From NCBI GenBank assembly GCA_963708135.1, contig OY970192.1:704001-768000 (forward strand): a stretch of 64,000 nucleotides of DNA, read 5' to 3'. A model generated the notes under the pieces. The model saw only the letters and a list, made by a program, of their open reading frames with translations. It ran no database searches and had not been told where the DNA came from. Each line of letters opens with the position of its first letter. Within the stretch, counting starts at the first letter, position 1. Made by a program: the position numbers and the translations under genes. Shown here in pieces: positions 47,661 to 56,011 of the stretch. This DNA is from an uncultured Gemmatimonadales bacterium (GTDB lineage Bacteria; Gemmatimonadota; Gemmatimonadetes; Longimicrobiales; RSA9).

Positions 47661-48578
47661 CTATACCTTGCCCACGACCGCGGCGATGGCGTCCAGCACG
47701 GCCTCGGGACTCTCCTCGTGGATCCAGCCGTGGCCGGCATCGCCGAGCGAGCGGTGCTGGCCCCGGGGGAGGGAGGCGGCGAGCGTCGCATGCAAGGCCG
47801 CCTTGGCCCGGTTGATGTCCTCCAGGACCTCCGGTGACCAGAGGCTGGCCTGGGTGGCGTCGCGTCCCAGGGCGGAGAGGACGAACAGGGGAACGTCGGG
47901 CAGAGGCGCCGCGTGCCTCAGCTCCTCGGTCACCTCATCGTAGAGGTTCCTGCCTTCGTCCCAACCGATCCGCCACGAGGTCAGATGGTATTCGACGAGT
48001 GCCTGCCGAACCCCGTCGGGCCAACTGGCGAAGTGCTGGACGAGCGGGGCGCGCGAGCGCTCGATCTGCTCCGGCGTGGGCTCGGGGAGCGTCGGGTTCT
48101 TGAAGCGCTCCAGCATGGCCCGGACGTGCCCGGGCGCCCGGGCCACCAGATCCTCGTGGAAGGGGTCCAGCAGGACCAGGCCGGCCACGTCGCCGGGAAA
48201 GCGCTGCGCGTAGTCGCGCGCGTAGGCGCCGCCCAGCGAGTGGCCCACGAGCACGTGGGGAGCGGGGACCCCGGCGGCATCCAGGAGCGCGCGCAGCTCG
48301 TCGCTCACCTCCCTCGCCGTGCGGGGCAGGTCGATGCGACTGCTCCAGCCGGTGCCCGCCCGGTCATAGATGACGCTCGTCGTGAACGCCGCCACGCGGT
48401 CGTGGAGGTTCAGGAAATCCAGTCCGACCAGTCCTGCGCCCGGCAGGAACACGACCGCCGGCTCGCCGGTGCCGGAGCGATGAAGCCAGAGCCGGCGGTC
48501 GCCGACGTCGACGAGACGCCCGATCGGCGCTTCGGGTCCCCGCGGCGGCGCGGCGGCGGTTGAGCTCGATTCGGTCAT
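47661..48578 (-). CDS. Alpha/beta hydrolase
   Basis: GGAG RBS; YDRAGTGWS, VGHSLGG, DAGHGWIH. Confidence 0.92.
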   Translation of the reverse strand: MTESSSTAAAPPRGPEAPIGRLVDVGDRRLWLHRSGTGEPAVVFLPGAGLVGLDFLNLHDRVAAFTTSVIYDRAGTGWSSRIDLPRTAREVSDELRALLDAAGVPAPHVLVGHSLGGAYARDYAQRFPGDVAGLVLLDPFHEDLVARAPGHVRAMLERFKNPTLPEPTPEQIERSRAPLVQHFASWPDGVRQALVEYHLTSWRIGWDEGRNLYDEVTEELRHAAPLPDVPLFVLSALGRDATQASLWSPEVLEDINRAKAALHATLAASLPRGQHRSLGDAGHGWIHEESPEAVLDAIAAVVGKV

Positions 48579-48596
48579 GTCGCTGTCTCCGGTGAA

Positions 48597-48616
48597 CGTT
48601 CTCAGATTTGCGAACG
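48597..48616. promoter_or_regulatory. Palindromic operator-like site
   Basis: CGTTCTCAGATTTGCGAACG is 16/20 self-complementary and lies between the hydrolase and the regulator remnant. Confidence 0.55.
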
Positions 48617-48932
48617 GTATCGGCTGCGCAGCGAGCGAGCCGCGGTGGACGCGGAAGCCGCCGCGGCGGCAACTCGAGACGAGCACCGGCATGCGTTGGC
48701 CGTGGCGATGGCGACGCTCGTGGCGGAGTTCAACGCCTACCTCGAGCGCCCCGGGAGCGATCCGGCGGCGGACGCCGTGGGCTACCGGCAGCACGCCGTC
48801 TGGCTGGACCCGGAGGAACGTGCCGCGCTGATCCGCGCTCTGAGGGAGGTCATTCTGGCGAGGGTCCACAACGACCCCACGTCCGGCCGCATCCGGCACG
48901 TGCTCAGCCCGATCCTGTTTCCCATGGAATAG
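48612..48932 (+). pseudogene. HTH transcriptional regulator remnant lacking its N-terminal DNA-binding domain
   Basis: ERYRLRSERAAVD..EHRHA..AEFNAYL..GYRQ..WL..LSPILFP looks like the C-terminal half of a family whose wHTH precedes 'ER.YRL'. There is no room for the HTH before the divergent gene. Confidence 0.65.
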
Positions 48933-48946
48933 GGGCAAGAACGTCG

Positions 48947-51517
48947 TTACGGCGCCGGCGGCGCCCCCCGGCGCAGCCGCAGCATCCGCGCGGTCTGCCG
49001 CAGCTTCTCGGGCACCTCCTCGCCGGACTCCAGGCTGTCGAGCAGCGCCCGCCTCCGCTCCCGGTCCACGGGCCGCCGGTTGTCCGGATCGACCATGGTG
49101 AGGGCCCAGAGCTCGGCGCCCTGATAGATGTCGGGGATGCCGGGGCCGCCCAGCCGGAGCACGGTCTGCGCGATGGAGTTGGCGACGCCGGCGCGGGCGA
49201 CCTTCGCCGCGAATTCCAGGAAATCCTTCATGAACGGGTCGTCAGCCGCCCTGGCGAGCAGCGCGTCGGTGAAGCGGGCCAGTGCCTCCTCGTATGCGGG
49301 GTCGGGGTTCCGCCAGGAGGTGTGCAGCTTGGCCTCGCGGGCGGCCTTGCGCATGAAGCGCTTCACGCGGCCGGCGTAGTCGGCGGGCGGCGGGACGGCG
49401 AGTCCCTCGCCGTCGTCGGCTGGCGGCCAGGTGCCGAGGAGGGTCTGATAGAGCCGGATCTCGTCGTCGGGCGCGATGCTGGCTGAGGCGAGCTCCGCGT
49501 TCCATTCGCGCCAGCGGGCGAGGCGGTCGGCCCACTCATCGGGGATCCGCGAAAGCACGTTGAGCCGTGCGCGCACGTCCTCGCCGCGTTTGGTGTCGTG
49601 GGTCGAGGCCGCGGTGAGAGTGAGCGGGGTGCGCGCGGCGAGGTGGCGCATGAAGGCGTCGTACTCCTCGACGGATACCGCGGCGCGGCCGGGATCGGCG
49701 CCGACCTCGCAGGCGGAGAGGAGGGCGCTGTCCACGAACAGCGCGGTGTCCTCGACGCCCTTGGCCATGACGGGACCGGTGAGCTGCTGCCATCGCGCGA
49801 CGAATTCCAGCCGTGCCTCCGGGTCGCTCCCTCCGGCCTCCATCAGCAGCACGCGACGCAGCCAGTCCACCGCCGCGGCGACAGGGTCGTTGGCCGCCGC
49901 GGCCGCCTCGATGGCGGCGCGGTCGGCGGCGGAGACGTCGCCATCCGTGCGGGTGTAGGTGCGGTACACGGGGAGCGCGGCGGTGATGGCCACGAGAGCA
50001 TCGCGCAGCCCACTCCGCGGCGCCTCCGGGTCGGCCTCCGCGAGCGCCTCCAGCCGGCTCAGCAGTCCTTCCAGCTCCGCCGGGAAGAGCGTCTCGAGCA
50101 CCATCCGCTTCTTCTCGTACGCGAGCGCGTCGAAATCCTCGGGCAGGCCGGTGTGCTCGTGCCATGTGCGGCGGAGCTTCGCGAGGCCCTCGGGATCGAT
50201 GAAGAGGCCGTTGAGCATGTTCAGCGTGTCGTAGCCGGTGGTGCCATCGACAGGCCAATCGTCGGGGAGGTGCTCGCCGCGGGCGAGGATCTTCTCGACG
50301 AGGATCCAGGCGCCGGGGAGCGCGGCGCGCAGGCGCTGGAGGTAGCCGGCGGGGTCGCGGAGTCCGTCCACGTGGTCGATGCGGAGCGCGTCGACCACGC
50401 CCTCGCGCGCCCACGCGAGCACGCGCGCGTGGACCGCATCGAAGACGTCGGGCTCCTCTACGCGGATGGCGACGAGACCGGTGATGTCAAAGAAGCGGCG
50501 GTAGTTGATGGCTCGGGCGCCGCGGCGCCAGTCGGTGAGCCGGTAGTGTTGGGTGGCCAGGAGCCCGGCCAGGGAGAGAAACGGGGAGTGGGGGAGTGGG
50601 GGAGTGGGTGATGTTCGCAGGGGCCGCTGCGTTCGCGGAGTGTTCTCACTCCGCGGCGGATCCGCCGGGTGCCCGGCGGGCGCCGCATCTTCGGGCGCGG
50701 CCGGGTTCAGGGCCGTTGCGGCGTGCTCGGGGGTGCTGAACGGGGCCAGGGCCGCCGCCTCGGTCTCGGGGCTGAGGGGGAAGCGGTGGTCGTAGTAGGC
50801 GAAGTGGAGATGGCCGTCCTCGGCGCGGAGCTGGATCTCGTGGTCGGCGATCGCCCCGTCGAGCGGCTTGCCGAGGACGGGGAGGACGAGCTTGCCGCCG
50901 GCGGCATCCCAGTCGATGTCGAAGTAGTGAGCGTACTCCGACTCGCGGCCCTGCCTCAGCACATCGGCCCACCAGGGGTTGGCGGCGTCGGCGGCCATGT
51001 GGTTGGGCACGATGTCGAGGAGGATGCCCATGCCGCGCTGGTGGAGCGCATCGGCCAGCGCGCGCAGGTCGTCCTCGGTGCCGAGGCCGGGGTTCAGGCG
51101 GCCGGGATCCGTGACATCGTAACCGTGGGTGCTGCCCTCGCGCGCGGCGAGGATCGGCGAGAGGTAGAGGTGCGAGACGCCAAGGGCGTCGAGGTACGGG
51201 ACGAGGTCCTTGGCTTCCGCCAGCGTGACGTCTGGGCCGAGTTGGAGGCGGTAGGTGCTGGTGGGTCTCGGGCCGGTTCTCTTCGCCGCGTCCCATGTTG
51301 GCTGGGTCCGCGCGTTTGCGCCCGTCGGCGGAGAGTGGGGGAGTGGGGGAGTGGGGGACCGGGCGACGTTCGCGGGGTGCTTCGGGCTCCCGGGCCTGGC
51401 GGGCTGCCGGGCGGATCCACCGGCGCCGGCCCATCCGCGATCAGGAGCGGCCTCCTTGCCCGTGGCCCGGCTGGCCGCACCTGCACGCGCGTTGCCGGCG
51501 CCTGCGTCGGCGTTCAC
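48947..51517 (-). CDS. treY: Malto-oligosyltrehalose synthase (possibly C-terminally truncated)
   Basis: STYRLQ, GSTHGYDV, DIVPNHM, INYRRFF, LRIDHVDGL, KGVEDT, STHDTKRGED, VDPDNRRPVD. Confidence 0.93.
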   Translation of the reverse strand: MNADAGAGNARAGAASRATGKEAAPDRGWAGAGGSARQPARPGSPKHPANVARSPTPPLPHSPPTGANARTQPTWDAAKRTGPRPTSTYRLQLGPDVTLAEAKDLVPYLDALGVSHLYLSPILAAREGSTHGYDVTDPGRLNPGLGTEDDLRALADALHQRGMGILLDIVPNHMAADAANPWWADVLRQGRESEYAHYFDIDWDAAGGKLVLPVLGKPLDGAIADHEIQLRAEDGHLHFAYYDHRFPLSPETEAAALAPFSTPEHAATALNPAAPEDAAPAGHPADPPRSENTPRTQRPLRTSPTPPLPHSPFLSLAGLLATQHYRLTDWRRGARAINYRRFFDITGLVAIRVEEPDVFDAVHARVLAWAREGVVDALRIDHVDGLRDPAGYLQRLRAALPGAWILVEKILARGEHLPDDWPVDGTTGYDTLNMLNGLFIDPEGLAKLRRTWHEHTGLPEDFDALAYEKKRMVLETLFPAELEGLLSRLEALAEADPEAPRSGLRDALVAITAALPVYRTYTRTDGDVSAADRAAIEAAAAANDPVAAAVDWLRRVLLMEAGGSDPEARLEFVARWQQLTGPVMAKGVEDTALFVDSALLSACEVGADPGRAAVSVEEYDAFMRHLAARTPLTLTAASTHDTKRGEDVRARLNVLSRIPDEWADRLARWREWNAELASASIAPDDEIRLYQTLLGTWPPADDGEGLAVPPPADYAGRVKRFMRKAAREAKLHTSWRNPDPAYEEALARFTDALLARAADDPFMKDFLEFAAKVARAGVANSIAQTVLRLGGPGIPDIYQGAELWALTMVDPDNRRPVDRERRRALLDSLESGEEVPEKLRQTARMLRLRRGAPPAP

Positions 51518-53958
51518 GCCTGGTCACCCTCCGGCACCGCCACGTGCAGGGCCTCGCCGAGGGCGCGGAAGTCTCTCGTCCAGGCGCGGGCCTCGGGCTC
51601 GCCCTGGCGGGCGCGCTGCTCCATGTCGATGTAGGTGGTGCGGAGCAGGTTGTAGAAGACGTTCTGAGTGTGCCACGGGCTGGCGTCGGCGGGGAAGGCC
51701 CTGGCGAAGCCGGCGGCGGCCTGGAGGGCGTGGAGGCGCTCCAGCTCGGAGGGGGCTTCGCCCAGGCGGTCGGCCAGTCGCTCGAGGGCGACGCGGAGCG
51801 CGAAGCCGAGGCTCTCGCGGTCCAGCACGACGTTTCCGGCGCGGGCCTCGTCGAGGAGCTGCCTGGCGCGCTCGAGGTCGAGTGGGTCGGCCTCGATGAC
51901 GCGGCGCAGCTCGGTGTTCAGGGTGAAGTCGGCGGCGATGCGGAAGGGCGTGGGGAGCGGCATGCCGAGGTCGAGCAGGAAGCGCATGAGCGGCGCGTGG
52001 TGCTCGTAGATGTTGCGGTAGACGGCCGTCGCCTCGCCGAGGGTGGTGTCGAGGATGGAGTCGAGGACGCGACGCTGCTCGTCGCGGAACAGGCTCTTGA
52101 GGGAGAACGTGGAGTCGGGGAAGTTCCTGTCGAGCAGGCGGATGACGGCGGCGAGGTCGGCGCGCGAGAAGGGGCGCGCGAGCTCGGCGTCGAGGGCGTT
52201 GAAGGCGTCGTCGCTCATGAAGGGGCGGATGCCGCCGTTCAGGTTGTGATCGCCCATGCCGAGGACGGCGAAGGTGACGTCCTCGGCCTCGCGGGTGATG
52301 ATGGAGGCGATGCGGGCGCGGCCGAGGACGAGGCGGGCCTCGCCGGCCTCGCGGGCGCTGCCGGCGTAGCGGTCGACGGTATAGCAGTAGATGCGGGTGC
52401 GCTCGGCGTAGGGCTCGAAGATGGAGCTGGCGGCGTAGTGGCCGCCGACCTTGAGGAGATCGACCATCGCGGGCTTGACGTAGCGCTCGTAGATCTGGCG
52501 GCCGTTGCCCTGGTCGGGGATGTTGCTCTCGGCGCGCTCGAGGCGCTGGACGAACGGCGGCTCGAGGTCGGCGCCGAAGAGCTCGCGGGCGAGCTGGACG
52601 ACGCGGCCGCCGTACTGGATGACCTGCACGGTCTCGATGCCGGAGAGCTCGTTGAAGAACCAGCCGCAGCTCGTGTACATGAGGAGCCCGTGGCGCTGCA
52701 GCTCGAGGAGCTTGAGCGCCCGAGTGGCGTCCTCGGCGGAGAGCTCGCGGGCGCCGTGGCGCTGCAGCCAGCCCTCGACGTTCGGGCGGGAGCGGTCGAG
52801 GAGGACGTCGATGTATTCGTCGCGCGCGGCCCACGGATCGGCGAGGAGGTCTGCGGCGGCGTCCTCGTAGGGGCCGGCCACTTCGTCGCGAAGCCAGTCG
52901 AGGGCCTCGCGGAGCGGCTGCCGCCAGCGCTGGTGCCAGCCGGGCTGGCCGCCGGTGGCGCAGCCGCAGTCGCCGCGCCAGCGCTCGATGCCGTGGGCGC
53001 AGCTCCAGGAGGTCTCCTCGAGGATGCGGACCTCGTGGGTGGGCGGGAATCGCTCGAGGTAGGCGGCGTAGTTGGTGAGGGCGACGCCGTCCGTCTCCTC
53101 GATGATCTGCAGCGCGTAGGAGAGCGCCATCTCGCCGTGGCGATGGTGGTGGCCGTAGGTCTCGCCGTCCGTGGCGATGCTCACGATCTCGGGCCAGCCG
53201 CGGTGCTCGTGGAAGAGGCCGAGCAGCCGCTCGGCGAAGCGCTTGCCGTTGGTCAGCAGCCCCTCGAAGGCGACGCCGCGCGACGCTGGTCCGTCGTAGA
53301 AGAAGATCGCGATGCTCTTCCCCGATGGCAGGCGCTGGAGGTAGGGGCGGGTGGGGTCGATGCGCGACCCCGCCACATCCACCCAGCGGGTGCCGCCGTC
53401 GATTCGCCGCACGGCCGCGGCCTGGTGCGGCGCGAGCACGGTGAACTTGATGCCGTGCTGCGCGAGCACGTCGAGCGAGGCGAGGTCGACGGCGGTCTCG
53501 GGGAGCCACATCCCCTCGGGCTCGCGGCCGAAGCGGCGCCGGAAGTCGGCCAGCCCCCAGCGCACCTGCGTTTCGCGGTCGCGCGGCGCGGCGAGCGGCA
53601 GGATCATGTGGTTGTATGCCTGCGCCATGGCGGAGCCGTGGCCATCGAAGCGCTTCGCGCTGTCCCTGTCCGCGGCCATGACGGCCTCGTAGACCTCGGG
53701 CTCGCCGGCCTCGAGCCAGGCGAGGAGGGTGGGACCGAAGTTGAAGCTGATGCGGCTGTAGTTGTTCACGATGCCGACGATGCGGCCGTCCTCGTCGAGG
53801 ATGCGCGAGGCGGCGTTCGGGCCGTAGGACTCGGCCGCGATGCGCTCGTTCCAGTCGTGGTACGGGTAGGCGGTGTCCTGCAGCTCGATGGCCTCCAGCC
53901 ACGGGTTCTCGCGGGGCGGCTGGTAGAAGTGGCCGTGGATGCACACGAACTTGCTCAT
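51514..53958 (-). CDS. GH57 / DUF3536 glycoside hydrolase
   Basis: CIHGHFYQPPRENPW, GMWLPETAVD, ATDGETYGHH, SWSCAHG, MYTSCGWFF. Confidence 0.93.
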   Translation of the reverse strand: MSKFVCIHGHFYQPPRENPWLEAIELQDTAYPYHDWNERIAAESYGPNAASRILDEDGRIVGIVNNYSRISFNFGPTLLAWLEAGEPEVYEAVMAADRDSAKRFDGHGSAMAQAYNHMILPLAAPRDRETQVRWGLADFRRRFGREPEGMWLPETAVDLASLDVLAQHGIKFTVLAPHQAAAVRRIDGGTRWVDVAGSRIDPTRPYLQRLPSGKSIAIFFYDGPASRGVAFEGLLTNGKRFAERLLGLFHEHRGWPEIVSIATDGETYGHHHRHGEMALSYALQIIEETDGVALTNYAAYLERFPPTHEVRILEETSWSCAHGIERWRGDCGCATGGQPGWHQRWRQPLREALDWLRDEVAGPYEDAAADLLADPWAARDEYIDVLLDRSRPNVEGWLQRHGARELSAEDATRALKLLELQRHGLLMYTSCGWFFNELSGIETVQVIQYGGRVVQLARELFGADLEPPFVQRLERAESNIPDQGNGRQIYERYVKPAMVDLLKVGGHYAASSIFEPYAERTRIYCYTVDRYAGSAREAGEARLVLGRARIASIITREAEDVTFAVLGMGDHNLNGGIRPFMSDDAFNALDAELARPFSRADLAAVIRLLDRNFPDSTFSLKSLFRDEQRRVLDSILDTTLGEATAVYRNIYEHHAPLMRFLLDLGMPLPTPFRIAADFTLNTELRRVIEADPLDLERARQLLDEARAGNVVLDRESLGFALRVALERLADRLGEAPSELERLHALQAAAGFARAFPADASPWHTQNVFYNLLRTTYIDMEQRARQGEPEARAWTRDFRALGEALHVAVPEGDQA

Positions 53959-54022
53959 GGGCGCGACGTCCATGGGTAGCGGGGCAGCTCGGTCGGGGCA
54001 GGTCCCGGCGTCACCATGCGGC

Positions 54023-56011
54023 CTACCCCCTGACCAGCAGCAGCGCCGTGTAGCCGGGCAGCCGCACCTCGACCCTTCCATCCGACGCCACCTCGGCGGG
54101 CATTGCAGGCCCCGGGCCGCTCCAGCGAGCCCGGGCGGAATCGAGGCGGACGTGCCAGCGGCCGGGCGGGAGCGGGAGCTCGAGGGCGACGGGATCCGGC
54201 CCCAGGGCGAGGACGAGCGCGGCGGTGTCGCCTTCGATGCGGCGCAGGACGAGGAGCACCCGCTCGGCCTCCCAGGCGGTGGCCTCGCGCTCCTCGGCCT
54301 CGCCGCCGCGGAGCGCCGGCTCCTCGCGACGGAGGCGGAGCAGCTCGGCGTGGAAGGCGTGGAGCGCCGAGTGCGGCGGTACGGCGCGCAGCTCGGGGTC
54401 GATCCTCGCGCGGCGGAACGTCTCCTCGGACTGCGGGTCGGGGATCTCGCGCTCCCACTCGAAGGCGGCGAACTCGGCGGCGCGGCCCTTCCGCACGGTC
54501 TCGATCAGCGCGGGGTCGCCGTGCGAGACGAAGTACGGGAAGGGCGCGGGCTCGCCGTACTCCTCGCCCATGAAGAGGAGCGGCGTGAAGGGGGAGAGCA
54601 GCACGGCGGCGGCGGCGAGCTTCAGGGCGTCGAAGGGGACGAGCTCGGAGAGGCGCTCTCCGCCGGCGCGATTGCCGACCTGGTCGTGGTCCTGCGCGTA
54701 GACGACGAAGCGGCGGGGCGGCACGCCGTCGGGCGGCGCGCCGTGGCGCCGGCCGCGGTAGCGGGAGCGGCCGCCGGTGTAGACGTAGCCGTGGCGGAAG
54801 GCGCGGGCGAGGTGCTCGACGCGGCCGAAGTCGGCGTAGTAGCCGACGTCCTCGCCCGTCAGCAGCGCGTGCAGCGCGTGGTGGAAGTCGTCGGTCCACT
54901 GGGCGTTCAGGCCGAAGCCGCCGAGCTCGGGCGGGCGGACGAGCCGGGGGTCGTTCAGGTCGCTCTCGGCGACGAGGTGCAGCCGCCGCTCCAGACGCGC
55001 CGCGGCCTCGTGGACCGTGTCCGCGAGCTCGTGGAGGAACGGGTAGGCGGAGGCGTCGTAGATGGCGTGGACGGCGTCGAGGCGGAGGATGTCGACGTGC
55101 ATCTCGACGGTCCAGTAGAGGGCGTTCTCGATGAAGAAGCGGCGCACGTCGTCGCTGTCGGGCCCGTCGAAGTTGAGCGCGCCGCCCCAGGGGGTGTGGT
55201 AGCGGTCGCTGAAGTAGGGGCCGAACTCCGCGAAGTAGTTCCCCTCGGGGCCGAGGTGGTTGTAGACGACGTCGAGGGCGAGGGCGAGGCCGCGCGCGTG
55301 GCAGGCGTTCACGAGGCGGCGGAAGGCGTCGGGGCCGCCGTAGCTCTCCTGCGCGGCGAAGGGGAGCACGCCGTCGTAGCCCCAGTTGCGCACGCCGGGG
55401 AAGGCGGCCACGGGCATGAGCTCGATGGCCGTGATGCCGAGCTCGGCCAGGCGGTCGAGGTGCGGGATCACGGCGTCGAAGGTGCCCTCGCGGGTGAAGG
55501 CGCCGACGTGGAGCTCGTAGAAGACGAGGTCCTCGAGGCGGCGGCCGACCCAGTCGTGGTCGGTCCAGGGGAAGGTCGCGTCCACGACCTCGGAGGGCGC
55601 GTGTACGCCGCCGGGCTGGGAGCGGGAGGCGGGATCGGGGCGCGCGGGGCCGTCGCCCAGGCGGTAGGCGTAGCGGGTGCCGGGCGGGGCGTCCGGGACC
55701 GTCGCCTCGAAGTAGCCGTGGGGCATGGCGGCCAGAGGGATCTCCGCGGCTCGCGCGGCTCCGGGCTCGTCGTGTGCTCCCGCTCCCTCTCGCGCAGACG
55801 CGGAGGAGCGCGGAGCCGCGGAATACAGCTCGAGCGTCACCTTCGGAGCGTTCGGGGCCCAGACGCGGAAGCGGGTGGCGCCGTCGCGCTGGGGGCAGGC
55901 GCCGAGGGTGGGGAGCAGGGCCTCGAGGGCGGCGGGCACGGGATCGGGCGCGGGCGGGCGGCCGCGGTCGGGCGAGGTGCCGGAGGCGGGGGCGTCGCCT
56001 GGAGGGCTCAC
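54023..56011 (-). CDS. treZ: Malto-oligosyltrehalose trehalohydrolase
   Basis: FRVWAP, YELHVG, NWGYDGV, DVVYNH, LRLDAVHAI, QWTDDFHH, QDHDQVGNR. Confidence 0.95.
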   Translation of the reverse strand: MSPPGDAPASGTSPDRGRPPAPDPVPAALEALLPTLGACPQRDGATRFRVWAPNAPKVTLELYSAAPRSSASAREGAGAHDEPGAARAAEIPLAAMPHGYFEATVPDAPPGTRYAYRLGDGPARPDPASRSQPGGVHAPSEVVDATFPWTDHDWVGRRLEDLVFYELHVGAFTREGTFDAVIPHLDRLAELGITAIELMPVAAFPGVRNWGYDGVLPFAAQESYGGPDAFRRLVNACHARGLALALDVVYNHLGPEGNYFAEFGPYFSDRYHTPWGGALNFDGPDSDDVRRFFIENALYWTVEMHVDILRLDAVHAIYDASAYPFLHELADTVHEAAARLERRLHLVAESDLNDPRLVRPPELGGFGLNAQWTDDFHHALHALLTGEDVGYYADFGRVEHLARAFRHGYVYTGGRSRYRGRRHGAPPDGVPPRRFVVYAQDHDQVGNRAGGERLSELVPFDALKLAAAAVLLSPFTPLLFMGEEYGEPAPFPYFVSHGDPALIETVRKGRAAEFAAFEWEREIPDPQSEETFRRARIDPELRAVPPHSALHAFHAELLRLRREEPALRGGEAEEREATAWEAERVLLVLRRIEGDTAALVLALGPDPVALELPLPPGRWHVRLDSARARWSGPGPAMPAEVASDGRVEVRLPGYTALLLVRG

